64,000 nucleotides of DNA from an uncultured Actinomycetes bacterium (GTDB taxonomy: Bacteria > Actinomycetota > Acidimicrobiia > IMCC26256 > PALSA-610): NCBI GenBank assembly GCA_963829195.1, contig CAWHHS010000006.1, positions 726,510 through 790,509 of the forward strand, read 5' to 3'. The position numbers and the translations under genes were made by a program. Shown here one piece after another: positions 63,994-64,000 of the stretch. The first letter of the stretch is position 1. Each line of letters begins with the position of its first letter. A model generated the notes under the pieces. The model did not search any database. It was not told where the DNA came from and worked only from the letters and a program-made list of their open reading frames with translations.

Positions 63994-64000
63994 CGCGTCG

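Overview
This is a high-GC (about 70%) actinobacterial chromosomal window. It opens with a conserved housekeeping block syntenic with the mycobacterial Rv1007c-Rv1023 region, all on the minus strand: ftsB-like, eno, an SPFH protein, a methylase-domain/MazG fusion, mfd, pth, rplY, an LpqT-like lipoprotein, prs, glmU, tRNA-Gln, ispE, rsmA, tatD, metG and ychF. Two tiny ribosomal-protein genes sit in it on the plus strand: bS22 at 13538..13639 and a bL37 candidate at 19024..19107. Next comes an accessory and metabolic region: an Rrf2 regulator with a palindromic operator beside a truncated TnpB-like fragment, a thioesterase, an alpha/beta hydrolase, WS/DGAT, serC and FadE. It continues with a flotillin, a copper locus (YcnI-like, a novel membrane protein and a CopC-CopD fusion), a Liv-type ABC importer with a fused permease, and a lipid/aromatic catabolic set (Rieske oxygenase, OYE reductase, FadD, desaturase, D-aminoacylase, PhyH, SDR, ADC and two paralogous amidohydrolase-2 genes). 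The window ends with a membrane GGDEF-EAL protein next to a type IV pilus-like cluster: PilT, a zinc-ribbon protein, a pilin, a TadE-like protein and an 816-aa pilin-headed Ig-repeat adhesin. Many conserved genes (eno, mazG, mfd, rplY, prs, lpqT-like, serC, WS/DGAT, fadE, flotillin, livF, OYE, fadD, desaturase, PhyH, ADC) can only be rebuilt by joining two to four reading frames, whereas glmU, metG, ychF, livG, livHM, pilT and others are intact. That pattern points to indel errors in the assembly, or less likely a decaying genome. Gene coordinates for frameshifted genes are approximate. No CRISPR array or rRNA was seen.
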